Source: an uncultured Candidatus Rokubacteria bacterium (GTDB lineage: Bacteria > Methylomirabilota > Methylomirabilia > Rokubacteriales > DASRDR01). Taken from it: DNA of 64,000 bases. Positions 1 through 9,203 of the stretch are shown one piece after another. Both the position numbers and the translations under genes were made by a program. A model generated the notes under the pieces. That model saw only the letters and a list, made by a program, of their open reading frames with translations, had not been told where the DNA came from and searched no databases. Numbering within the stretch: position 1 is the stretch's first letter; every line of letters starts with the position of its first letter. The DNA lies in the NCBI GenBank assembly GCA_963708025.1, contig CAVPSB010000022.1:96001-160000 (forward strand). Direction: 5' to 3'.

Positions 1-608
1 CCGAGGCGCGGCCGCTGGCCCGCCGGGTGGCCGGCGAGCTCGGCTTCCCCTGCTTCGTCAAGCCGCGCGAACCTCGGCTCGAGCGTCGGCATCAGCAAGG
101 TGGCCGGCGCCGCGGACCTCGGCGCGGCGATCGAGGCCGCCTTCGCCCACGACCGGAAGATCCTCGTCGAGCGGGGCGTGAGCGGACGGGAGGTCGAGGT
201 GAGCGTCCTCGGCAACGACGCGCCCGAGGCCTCGGTGCCGGGTGAGGTCCTGCCGGGCAAGGAGTGGTACGACTACGAGGCGAAGTACACCGAGGGCATC
301 GCCAAGCTCGTCATCCCGGCGCCGCTGACCCCGGAGCTGACGGCCGAGTTCCGGCGGCTCGCGGTCGCGGCGTTTCGGGCGATCGACGCGGCCGGGCTGG
401 CCCGCGTGGACTTCTTCCTCGAGGACGACGCGCGCATCTGGGTGAACGAGATCAACACGATCCCGGGCTTCACGCGCACCTCGGCCTATCCGCAGCTCTG
501 GGAGGCGTCGGGGCTGCCCTACCCGCGCCTGATCGACCGGCTGATCGAGCTGGCGCTGGAGCACCACGCCGGGAAGCGCCGCTCTCCGCGAGCGGTGATG
601 GCCGGTAG
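1..608 (+). CDS. ddl: D-alanine--D-alanine ligase, C-terminal part (5' truncated by window edge; frameshifts near 70 and ~590, end approximate)
   Basis: ORF 100..867 encodes [10 protein letters not shown]...YDYEAKY...ARVDFF...[19 protein letters not shown] (ATP-grasp Ddl motifs); GFPCFVKP lies upstream in another frame; adjacent to murG. Confidence 0.9.
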
Positions 609-650
609 CCTGGAGCGCGGGCTCACGGCGGTGAGGCGCGGCCGGTCCCG

Positions 651-1784
651 TTGCGGGTCGTCCTGGCCGGCGGCGGCACGGGCGGCCACACCTCCGCGGG
701 CCTGGCGATCGCCGCGGCGCTCCGCGCCCGGCTCGGCGAGCGGGTCCAGCTCGACTGGATCGGAAGCCACGCGGGCCTGGAGGCGACGCGGGTTCCCGCG
801 GCCGGGATCCGCTACCACGCCATCGCCACCGGGAAGCTGCGCCGGGCCGTCGCCGTCCGGAACCTGACCGATCTGGGCCTCCGGGTCCCGGCCGGGCTCG
901 TCCAGGCCTGGACCCGCCTCGGCCGCCTGCGGCCCGACGTCGTCGTCGCCACCGGCGGCTTCGTATCGGTGCCGACGGCACTCGCCGCCGCCGCCCGTCG
1001 CCGCCCGCTTCTCGTCCACGAGCAGGTGGCGGTTCCGGGCCTGGCCAACCGGCTGATCGCCCGGGTCGCCGACCGGGTGGCGGTCACCTTCGAGACCTCG
1101 GCCTCCGCCTTTCCCGCCCGGAAGGTGGTGGTGACGGGCAACCCGATGCGTCCGGAGCTGACCGCCGGCGATCCCGCGCGGGCCTTCACCGGCTTCGGCC
1201 TCGACCCCGCCGTCCCGCTCGTCTACGTCACCGGTGGAGCCCAGGGCTCCCATCGCATCAACCGGGTCGTGGGCGCCGCCCTCGCCCCCCTCGTCGCCGG
1301 CTGCCAGCTCGTCCACCAGTGCGGGACCAACGAGTACGGCGACGCCGAATGGCTCGCAGGCCAGGCCGAGGCGCTCCCGCCGGCGGCGAGGGCGCGCTAC
1401 CGGGTGGTGCCGTTCGTGACCGACGCCCTCGCCGACCTCTACGCCGCCGCCGCGCTCGTCGTCGGCCGCGCGGGCGCCGGCACCGTCACCGAGCTGTGCG
1501 CGGTCGGCCTGCCGGCGATCCTGATCCCCCTGCCGCAGGCCCGCGGCGACGAGCAGACGGCCAACGCCCGGATCCTGGCCGACGCCGGGGCCGCCGTCCT
1601 GCTCCGCGATCAGGATCTGTCGGCCGAGCGCCTGGTCCAGACGGTCCGCGAGCTGATCGGCACCCCCGGCCGCCTCAAGCAGATGGGGGAGCGCGCCCAG
1701 AGCCTGGCCCGCCCCGACGCCGCCGAGCGCCTCGTCGATCTGATCCTCGAGCTGGCCCGCCAACCCCAGGGCCCTCGAGCCTAG
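651..1784 (+). CDS. murG: MurG lipid II GlcNAc transferase
   Basis: [16 protein letters not shown]...PGLAN, TGNP, TGGAQG, GRAGAGT and Q..NA motifs. Confidence 0.93.
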   Translation: MRVVLAGGGTGGHTSAGLAIAAALRARLGERVQLDWIGSHAGLEATRVPAAGIRYHAIATGKLRRAVAVRNLTDLGLRVPAGLVQAWTRLGRLRPDVVVATGGFVSVPTALAAAARRRPLLVHEQVAVPGLANRLIARVADRVAVTFETSASAFPARKVVVTGNPMRPELTAGDPARAFTGFGLDPAVPLVYVTGGAQGSHRINRVVGAALAPLVAGCQLVHQCGTNEYGDAEWLAGQAEALPPAARARYRVVPFVTDALADLYAAAALVVGRAGAGTVTELCAVGLPAILIPLPQARGDEQTANARILADAGAAVLLRDQDLSAERLVQTVRELIGTPGRLKQMGERAQSLARPDAAERLVDLILELARQPQGPRA

Positions 1785-1887
1785 TGCCGTTTCAACTACA
1801 TGAGCCAAAATGGGCAAGCGATTCTTGAAGCGCGACCTTGCCGCATTCCTCGAAAGCACTAGCTGGGACAAGTTGGAACGGCACTAG
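1781..1887. mobile_element. 107-bp MITE-like element, copy 1 (CTAG at both ends, terminal inverted repeats)
   Basis: Begins CTAGTGCCGTTTCAAC and ends GTTGGAACGGCACTAG; lower GC than its flanks; second copy at 48592..48698. Confidence 0.85.
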
Positions 1888-1923
1888 TTGCACCTGCCGT
1901 CCCGCCGGAGCGAGACTGGACCC

Positions 1924-2365
1924 ATGCCGCCCGAAACCCGGTACGCCAGGAGCGGGGATATTCACATCGCCTACCAGGTCGTGGGCGACGGGCCCTTCGA
2001 CCTGCTCTTCGTGCCCGGCTTCGTCTCGCATCTCGAGGCGAACTGGGACGACCCGAACATCGCCGCGATGCTCGGGCGACTGGCGCGGTTCTCCCGGCTC
2101 ATCCTCTTCGACAAGCGAGGCACCGGGCTCTCCGACCGGGGCTCGCTGAACTTCACGCTCGAGCAGCGGATGGAGGACGTCCGGGCCGTGCTCGACGCCG
2201 TCGGGTCGCAGCGGGCGGCGCTCTTCGGCATCTCGGAGGGCGGGCCGATGTCCGCCCTCTACGCCGCGACGTACCCGGAGCGCACCTCCGCTCTGGTGAT
2301 CTACGGCTCCTACGCCCGGCGGAGCTGGGCGCCCGATCATCCGTTCGGGATGACCGACCCAGGTG
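1924..2365 (+). pseudogene. Truncated alpha/beta hydrolase (N-terminal domain of hydrolase-cyclase/LipJ-type proteins)
   Basis: MPPETRYARSGDIHIAYQVVGDGP...FDKRGTGLSD...GISEGG; similarity stops abruptly near 2360 where the convergent gene ends. Confidence 0.7.
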
Positions 2366-2389
2366 AACCGAGATCTGACCGGCAGCGCC

Positions 2390-3072
2390 TCAGAGCCGCG
2401 GAGGCCGGCCGCGCAGGTCGAAGCGCAGCGGGCATTCCGTGCACCGGGCCACCGACGTCCGACAATATTCCTTCGCGACCCGCACCAGGAGGGCGTGATA
2501 CTCGTTGAAGAGCGCGGGATCCCGGGGCAGGTGATCCATGACGAGAGCCTGGAGCTCCGCGTAGCCCACGTCGGCCGCCACCACGCGGTGCCGTGAGAGG
2601 ATGCGCCGGGTGTAGGCGTCCACCACGAAGACGGGGCGGCCGGCCGCGTAGAGCAGGATCGAGTCCGCGATCTCCGGCCCGATGCCCGGGATCGACAGGA
2701 GCTCGGCCCGGAGAGCCGGCGCCGGCTGGCGGAGGAAGCGACGGAGGCGCCCGGCGTGGCGATGCGCCAGGTGCTGGAGGAAGGCGCGGAGCCGGCCGGC
2801 CTTGACGCGGTAGAAGCCGGAGGCGCGGACGAGCGTCGCGAGCCGGCGGGGGGGAGCCGGTGGAGCACGCCGGGCCGGAGCCCGCCCGCCCGGCGGAGCG
2901 CCGCGATGGCGCGCTCCACGTTGACCCAGGCGGTGCTCTGGGTCAGGATGGCGCCGACGACGACCTCGAAGGCCGAGCGCGCCGGCCACCACCCCTGGGG
3001 ACCGAAGCGCCTCAGCAGCGCGTCGTACAGGCGGAAGAGTCGCCGGCGGAGCGGACGACTCCGAGGAAGCAC
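2390..3072 (-). CDS. Endonuclease III-related HhH-GPD DNA glycosylase (frameshift ~2850)
   Basis: WWPARSAFEVVVGAILTQST, LLSIPGIGPEIADSILLYA, VVDAYTRR, C-terminal CxxxxxxCxxC. Confidence 0.85.
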
Positions 3073-3115
3073 GCGGCCCCGCGGCGGGGACGAACGATCA
3101 ACGGGAGGGCGCGGC

Positions 3116-3599
3116 ATGCTTCGAGGCGCTGCTGAGCCGGCATCTGATGGTCCTGGTCATGCTCATCCTGGCCGGGGTCGGATGGCTGCTGGAGGCCAAG
3201 CTCAACCTCTTCGAGTGGTTCTACGACTTCTCCCGTCAATACGAGACCATCGCCCTCGACGGGCTGGTGCCCGGCATCCTCCTGGTGCTCGTGGGCGCGT
3301 TCCTCGATACCTACCGGGCCCACCTGCAATCGCTCCGCGAGCGCGACCGGCTGCAGGTCATGATGGAGATGGCCGCGACCGTCGCCCACGAGGTCAACGA
3401 CCCGCTGACCACGATCATCGCTCACCTGGAGGTGGCGGTGGAGGAGATGGAGCCCGACGACCCGCAGCGCGACCGGATGACGTCGCTCCGCGAGGCGGCC
3501 TGGCGCATGGCGAGCCGGGTCAAGCAGCTCACCGAGCTCCGCGAGTATCGGCCCCGGGAGGTGGGTGTCGGCCCGCGTCTCATCGATCTCCCCCGGTGA
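3116..3599 (+). CDS. Small two-TM membrane protein with a HisKA/DHp domain only (ORF track start 3147; probable true start 3116 across a 1-nt frameshift)
   Basis: Two hydrophobic helices then AATVAHEVNDPLTTIIAHLE H-box; no HATPase domain; GGGAGG upstream of ATG 3116. Confidence 0.65.
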
Positions 3600-4597
3600 T
3601 CCTCGGTCTCGCCCTCGCCCTGCTCGCGGCGTCCGCGCCGCTGGCCGTCAGCGTGGGCGGGCCCGCCGAGGACCCGGCGTACCTGCCCGTCCACGTCGCC
3701 GCGGCCCTCGGCACCTTCCAGGCCGAGGGCGTCGAGGTCGTGCTGCGGCGGGCCAAGCACCCGGCGGGGGCGATGGAGGCCCTCCGGGACCGGGCCGCCA
3801 CCGTGGCGGTCAGCACCGCCGACCAGGCCGTGCGCGGCGCCTGGGCCCGCGGGACGCCGGTCCGCATCCTGGTGGCCCACACCCGGGCGCCGGCCGTCGC
3901 GCTGCTCGTCTCGGCCAAGCATCGGGACGCCATCCGCCGCGTGGAGGACCTCCGCGGGCGGCGGGTGGGCATGCCGGGCCCGGGCACCACCGGCCACCTC
4001 GTGCTCGCCACGCTCCTCGCCCGGCGCCGGCTGGGGCCGGCCGACGCTCAGCTCGCCAGCCTCGGAGGCACCGCCCTCGTATCCGGGCTCGCGTCCGGGG
4101 AGCTGGCCGCGGCCGTCCTCGAGGAGCCGTGGATCGGGCGGGCCCTCGACGCCGGCGTAGCCCAGCTGCTGCTCGACGTCCGCCAGCCCGAGGACTGCGT
4201 CCGGCACCTCGGCGGACCCTTCCACGAGATCCTGAGCGTGGCCCGCGCCGACGAGAAGGCCCTGGCCGAGCTGGAGCCGGCTCTGGCCGCCTACGCGCGC
4301 GCCCTCATCCGGGTGCAGGCGTGGCTGGCCGCGACGCCGGCGTCGGCGGTGGCCGAGCGGCTGCCCCCCGCGCTGATCGGGGACCCGGCGCGGTTCGTCT
4401 CGCGGCTCGACGCCGCGCGGGTGGCCTACCTTCCCGACGGGCATGCGACCGAGGCCGGCCTGCGCGCGACGTTCCGGGTCCTCCGGGCCGGGAGCCCCTG
4501 GCCGGTCACCCTCAAAGTCACGCCGGAAGGCCTGCAGGAGCCGTCGTTCGTCACCGCGGCCCGGACGGCGCTGGGCCCGGCGCCCCCGGCTCCCTGA
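3596..4597 (+). CDS. NitT/TauT (NMT1/SsuA-like) ABC transporter substrate-binding protein
   Basis: Signal peptide; YLPVHVAAALGTFQAEGVEV; IRRVEDLRGRRVGMPGPGTTG; GTGA overlap with upstream stop. Confidence 0.8.
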   Translation: MILGLALALLAASAPLAVSVGGPAEDPAYLPVHVAAALGTFQAEGVEVVLRRAKHPAGAMEALRDRAATVAVSTADQAVRGAWARGTPVRILVAHTRAPAVALLVSAKHRDAIRRVEDLRGRRVGMPGPGTTGHLVLATLLARRRLGPADAQLASLGGTALVSGLASGELAAAVLEEPWIGRALDAGVAQLLLDVRQPEDCVRHLGGPFHEILSVARADEKALAELEPALAAYARALIRVQAWLAATPASAVAERLPPALIGDPARFVSRLDAARVAYLPDGHATEAGLRATFRVLRAGSPWPVTLKVTPEGLQEPSFVTAARTALGPAPPAP

Positions 4598-5178
4598 CCG
4601 GCTCCAGGCCGAACGCGCGAAGCAGTCGGGCTGTCGTCGTCAGGGGCAGCCCGACCACGTTCGTGTAACAGCCCTCGACCCGCTCGACCAGCCGGCCGCC
4701 CTCCCCCTGGACGGCGTAGCCGCCGGCCTTGTCGTACGGCTCGGGCGTCGCGACGTACGCGTCGAGCTCGGCCGCCGTGTAGGCGCGCATCAGCACCCGG
4801 CTGACCACCGTCTCGGTCGCCTCGCGCCCGGCCGTCGCGTCCACCACCGCCACGGCCGTGACGACGACGTGGGGGCGGGCGCGGAGGGCCAGGAGCATCC
4901 GGCGGGCCTCCTCGCGCGACGCCGGCTTGCCGAACGGACGGCCGTCCAGGACGACGAGCGTGTCCGCCCCGAGGACGAGGCCGGGGCCGAGTCGGGCGGC
5001 GACCGCGCGCGCCTTGGCCAGGGCCAGCCCGGCGGCCTGAGCCGGAATAGGCGCGTCGGGCGCCAGCGCCTCGTTCGACGGCGCTGGGGACGACGTCGAA
5101 CGGCAGACCCAGCTGCGCGAGCAACTCGCGGCGGCGAGGCGAGGCGGAGGCCAGGGTCAGGCCTTTCGATCTTGACAA
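4551..5178 (-). CDS. maf: Maf family nucleoside triphosphate pyrophosphatase (frameshifted)
   Basis: LTLASASPRRRELL at N-terminus; EPYDKAGGYAVQG and GCYTNVVGLP at C-terminus. Confidence 0.88.
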
Positions 5179-5246
5179 TCTTGCCAGTCCGCCGGGGAAT
5201 GCCTCCCCGGCGGCACCTGCTTTGAAAGACTGAAAGGCCTGACCCC

Positions 5247-6164
5247 CTAACAGACGATCAGGGGCTCGGCGTCCGTGATCACCCGCTCCGATCGCGCCAG
5301 GGCCTGCCGGATGTGCTTGGGCAGGCTGAACATGTGCTGGTGGGCCAGGCCGTCGTAGAAGCCCAGCTCCCCGGGCACCCGCTCGCGGAGGCGCCGGTCG
5401 ACGGCGTCCGGGGTGAGCTCGCGCGGATCGCCGGACCGGGAGGCCACGATGAACCCCCAGGGGGTCCCGAAGCACGAGATGTAGGACTGGTAGGGGGCGA
5501 CGACGGGAAACACCTCCCGCAGCGTGCGCGCCATGGCGGCGTAGAAGTCCAGCTCGCCGACCTTGGTCATCCCGGCCTGCAGCGTCAGCGCCCCCTCGGG
5601 GGACAGGCGGCTCTGCAGCAGACGGTAGAACTCGCGGGTGAACAGGAGGCAGGCCGGCCCCTCCTCCAGGGGCTCGGTCAGATCGACGATCGCCACGTCG
5701 AACCGTTCCCGGGTGGTCTCCAGGTAGGCGCGAGCGTCCTCGTGGCGCAGCTCGGTCCGCGGATCGTCGAAGGCGTTCCGGTGCATCTCGGGGAGGTGCT
5801 CGCGGCAGGCGGCCACGACCGCGTCGTCGATGTCCACCATGACCGCCTTCTGGATGGACGGGTAGCGCAGCACCTCTCGCAGGGTCGCCCCCTCGCCGCC
5901 GCCGATGACGAGTGCCGTCGTCGGGTGGGGCGGCAGGATCATGCCGGGGTGGACGAGCGTCTCGTGGTAGACGAACTCGTCCGCGGCGCTCGACTGGATG
6001 CGCCCGTCCAGGACGAGGCACTTCCCGTAGCTCGCGGTCTCCAAGATCTCCATCTGCTGAAACTTGGTGCGGAGCGCGAAGATCGTCCGGGTGATGGCGT
6101 GAAAGTGCCCCTCGACGGGGGTGGTCGTCTCAAAAAACCACTTGTAGACGTTCGGCTGGGCCAT
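5247..6164 (-). CDS. speE: Polyamine aminopropyltransferase (Thermus-type, GGGEG motif)
   Basis: LVLDGRIQS...YHETLVHP...LVIGGGEGATLREVL...VDID...DLTEP. Confidence 0.93.
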   Translation of the reverse strand: MAQPNVYKWFFETTTPVEGHFHAITRTIFALRTKFQQMEILETASYGKCLVLDGRIQSSAADEFVYHETLVHPGMILPPHPTTALVIGGGEGATLREVLRYPSIQKAVMVDIDDAVVAACREHLPEMHRNAFDDPRTELRHEDARAYLETTRERFDVAIVDLTEPLEEGPACLLFTREFYRLLQSRLSPEGALTLQAGMTKVGELDFYAAMARTLREVFPVVAPYQSYISCFGTPWGFIVASRSGDPRELTPDAVDRRLRERVPGELGFYDGLAHQHMFSLPKHIRQALARSERVITDAEPLIVC

Positions 6165-6561
6165 TCGACGCGGCACCTTCCTTCTCGGTCTTGTTGAGGG
6201 GTCCGGGACTGCCCGGGAACACGCCGCGCTTGACTTCCACGCACGAGGCCCGGCTGGCCTGGAATTGCTCGACCAGGTATGAGGCCGCCTCGGCCGGCTT
6301 CAGGGTATCGCCGCAGGAGAAAATGTTGACGGCGGCGTACCGGTATTCGGGCCACGTGTGGATGGAGAGGTGCGACTCGGCGATCACCACCACACCGGAG
6401 ATCCCGAACGGGTTGAACTCGTGAAACACCACGTCGATGATGGTAGCCTCGGCACGCTTCGCCGCTTCCACCAGTGCGGCCTTCACGGTTTCGAGGTTGT
6501 TGAGGATCTCGGAGCTGCAGTCGTGCAGCTCCAACAGCAGGTGACGACCCAGGCTGTGCAC
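6130..6561 (-). CDS. speD: S-adenosylmethionine decarboxylase proenzyme (class 1B)
   Basis: LGRHLLLELHDC...GISGVVVIAE|SHLSIHTWPEYRYAAVNIFSCG self-cleavage motif. Confidence 0.93.
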   Translation of the reverse strand: MHSLGRHLLLELHDCSSEILNNLETVKAALVEAAKRAEATIIDVVFHEFNPFGISGVVVIAESHLSIHTWPEYRYAAVNIFSCGDTLKPAEAASYLVEQFQASRASCVEVKRGVFPGSPGPLNKTEKEGAASNGPAERLQVVF

Positions 6562-6709
6562 TCCGATCGACCCCCTTCCCTCGCCCGAGACCGCGCCCGT
6601 CGATCATCGGCTCGCGGCGGTGCCGGCCGGCGACCGTCGCGCGCCACTCACTTGCGGGCCGCGATCTCTTCCCCGAAAAAATTTCGAGACCGGGGCGAAA
6701 TTCGCCTGA

Positions 6710-6737
6710 ATTATAGAGCACGAAGACCGCGATGCAA
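6710..6737 (-). promoter_or_regulatory. Putative sigma70 promoter for speD-speE (TTGCAT-16-TATAAT)
   Basis: Perfect TATAAT (6710-6715) and TTGCAT (6732-6737) in an AT-rich intergenic patch. Confidence 0.6.
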
Positions 6738-6748
6738 GGAAAAAATGC

Positions 6749-6776
6749 TTGCGTTTTAGTTTTGGGCCAGTATCAT
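6749..6776 (+). promoter_or_regulatory. Putative sigma70 promoter for the arginine decarboxylase-speB operon (TTGCGT-16-TATCAT)
   Basis: Motif match, back-to-back with the speD promoter. Confidence 0.5.
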
Positions 6777-6893
6777 CAGGACCGGCTTCGGACCAATCGC
6801 GACGTGAAGCCGGAGCGAGCGATGTCGCCCGAGAGCCGAAGGCCGACGAAACATCGCGAGGCCGGAGCCGTCGCGAGCGAAAAGGAGGTGGCG

Positions 6894-7376
6894 ATGATCT
6901 GGAAGAAGGTGACGAAGGTGGCGGTGACGGCCGGCGCGGCCGAGGGTGGCACGGCACTGAACGCGTTCGACAACGCGCTCCTGGCGGCCGGGATCGGCAA
7001 CGTGAACCTCGTCAAGATCTCCAGCATCGTCCCGCCCGACGTTGACGTCGTCGACCTCCCCCAGATCAAGCCCGGCGCGATCGTCCCCACCGCCTACGCC
7101 TCCCTGACCAGCGAGACGCCCGGCGAGACGATCGCGGCGGCGGTCGGCTACGCGTTGCCCGAGGACCGGACCAAGGCCGGCGTCATCATGGAGTTCCACG
7201 GCCAGGCCGACCGGGCCACCGCCGAGCAGAGCGTCCGCGCCATGCTGGCGGAAGCCTTCGCCGTCCGCGGCGAGCGCATCCGGGAGCTGCGGGTGGTGGT
7301 GGCCGAGCACCGCGTCCGGGCGGTCGGCGGCGTGGTCGCGGCGATTCCCCTCCTGTCGGAAGAGGACCTCATCTGA
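6894..7376 (+). CDS. pdaD: Pyruvoyl-dependent arginine decarboxylase (PvlArgDC)
   Basis: LNAFDNALLAAGIGNVNLVKIS|SIVPP cleavage motif; strong RBS AAAGGAGGTG before ATG 6894. Confidence 0.9.
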   Translation: MIWKKVTKVAVTAGAAEGGTALNAFDNALLAAGIGNVNLVKISSIVPPDVDVVDLPQIKPGAIVPTAYASLTSETPGETIAAAVGYALPEDRTKAGVIMEFHGQADRATAEQSVRAMLAEAFAVRGERIRELRVVVAEHRVRAVGGVVAAIPLLSEEDLI

Positions 7377-7453
7377 CGGGATCTCCCCGTCCCCGCCGGG
7401 GGAGCGGGTCGGGGTAAGCCCCCGATCCTCGCCTTCCGGGGAGGGAGTGTCGA

Positions 7454-8341
7454 ATGGCCCTGAGGCCCGCGCGTCCCCCCTTCATCGCGTGCCGCCCGGA
7501 CCCCCTCGGGGCGGACGTCGTCCTTTACGGCATCCCGTTCGAAGGCCGGGTGAACCAGCGGAAGGGCGCGTCGCTGGGCCCCGGCGCCGTCCGGCGCGCC
7601 TCGGACCTCCTCGAGACCTACGTCCCCGCCCTCGGCCTCGACCTCGCCGACCTCGCCCTGGCCGATGCCGGCGACGTCCCCGTCCCCGACGCGGAGCCGC
7701 GGGCCGCGCTGGCCGTCGTCGAGCGGGAGCTCCGGGCCGCCCTGGACCCGCGCCAGCGCTGGGTCTTCCTGGGGGGAGACCACACGGTGGCGGCGCCGAT
7801 CGTGGCGGCGGCCCTGGCTCACTATCCCGACCTCCGCGTCGTCCAGTTCGACGCCCACCCAGACCTCCGGTCGCAGTACCTCGGCGAGGCCTGGAACTAC
7901 GCCTCGGCGATGACCCGCGTGCTGGACCACCTCGCCCCGGACCGGCTCTACCAGATCGGGCTCCGGACCGGCGATCGCGAGGAGTGGCTCCCCCCCCGCG
8001 GCACCCGGGTCTTCCCCGGCTGGAGCATCCCGGCGGCCCAGGCAGCAGCCCAGGTCGCGGCCGAGGTCGGAAGTCACCCGCTCTACGTGACCCTCGACAT
8101 CGACGTCCTCGATCCCGCGGTGGCCCCGGGAACCGGCTCGCCCGAGCCCGGCGGGATCGGGCTCCACGAGCTCCTGGGCGCTCTCCGGCACCTCGGGGCC
8201 GCGCGGGTCATCGGCTTCGACCTCGTCGAGGTCTCGCCCCTCTGGGATCCCGGGGGCCGGACGGCGATCACGGCGGCGGCCGTGGTGCGAGAGGCCATCC
8301 TCGGCTGGTGGACCAAGCCGTCGCCGGGATCCACGCGCTGA
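7454..8341 (+). CDS. speB: Agmatinase / (aminopropyl)agmatine ureohydrolase
   Basis: LGGDHT, FDAHPDLR, TLDIDVLDP..APGTGSPEPGG and DLVEVSP ureohydrolase motifs. Confidence 0.92.
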   Translation: MALRPARPPFIACRPDPLGADVVLYGIPFEGRVNQRKGASLGPGAVRRASDLLETYVPALGLDLADLALADAGDVPVPDAEPRAALAVVERELRAALDPRQRWVFLGGDHTVAAPIVAAALAHYPDLRVVQFDAHPDLRSQYLGEAWNYASAMTRVLDHLAPDRLYQIGLRTGDREEWLPPRGTRVFPGWSIPAAQAAAQVAAEVGSHPLYVTLDIDVLDPAVAPGTGSPEPGGIGLHELLGALRHLGAARVIGFDLVEVSPLWDPGGRTAITAAAVVREAILGWWTKPSPGSTR

Positions 8342-8344
8342 AGA

Positions 8345-8381
8345 GCTTCGGGGGGGTCGGAAGGTCCCCCGATGCCCTCCC
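8345..8381. repeat. Palindromic interspersed repeat family B (degenerate core only)
   Basis: GCTTCGGGGGGGTCGGAAGGTCCCCCGATGCCCTCCC resembles the 59032..59074 core. Confidence 0.55.
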
Positions 8382-9196
8382 TCGGATGTCCCGATTTCTC
8401 GGATAGAGACGAAGCGGTGAGAACGAGCTCGGGCGGCGGGTACGACTACCCGCGCTACTACGAGATCGCGTTCAACGTCAATCGGAAGCGCGAGTGCGAT
8501 TTCCTGGAAGCCGCGTTCCGCCGGCATGCTCGCCGGCGCGTCTCGCGGGTCGTCGACCTCGCGTGCGGCACCGGCCAGCACCTCGTCCGATTGGCTCAGC
8601 GCGGCTACCGCATGACCGGGATCGACCTGTCGGCCGAGAACGTGCGCTACGTCGCGACCCGGGCGGCGGCGCTCGGGCTCCCGGTGCGGATGCAGCGCGC
8701 CGACATGGCCGCGTTCCGCCTGCCGGAGCGGCAGGACGCGGCGATCTGCATGACCGATTCCCAGGGGCACCTCCTGACCAACGAGGCCATCCTGGCCCAT
8801 TTCCGGTGCGTGGCGCGGGCGCTCCGGCCCGGCGGCCTCTACGTCTTCGACCGGATGCTGCCGGACGACTGGTTCGACCCCACGCACGAGTACCGCTGGA
8901 CGCGCCGCCAGGGGGCGACCCGGGTCACGACGACCTTTCGCACCCTGCTGGACGTGGACCCGGTGCGACAGGTCTGCTGGGAGGAGATGGCCTTCACCGT
9001 GGAGGAGCGCGGGGTCGTCCGGCGCACCCGGCAGCGCCACCCGACCCGGGTGGTCTTTCCGCAGGAGCTGCGCGCCCTCGTCGAGCTGTCGGGCGCCTTC
9101 GACCTGGTCGCGTGGCACCCCAACTTCACGCTGAAACGCCGGCTCGAGGAGTCCCGGCATCCCATGATGCTCGTCGCGATCCTCCGCCGGAAGTAG
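8372..9196 (+). CDS. Class I SAM-dependent methyltransferase, paralog 1 (alternative GTG start 8417)
   Basis: VVDLACGTG motif I, TGIDLS, ADM, DAAICM, ALRPGGLYVFD. Confidence 0.85.
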   Translation: MPSLGCPDFSDRDEAVRTSSGGGYDYPRYYEIAFNVNRKRECDFLEAAFRRHARRRVSRVVDLACGTGQHLVRLAQRGYRMTGIDLSAENVRYVATRAAALGLPVRMQRADMAAFRLPERQDAAICMTDSQGHLLTNEAILAHFRCVARALRPGGLYVFDRMLPDDWFDPTHEYRWTRRQGATRVTTTFRTLLDVDPVRQVCWEEMAFTVEERGVVRRTRQRHPTRVVFPQELRALVELSGAFDLVAWHPNFTLKRRLEESRHPMMLVAILRRK

Positions 9197-9203
9197 CCCG
9201 AGC

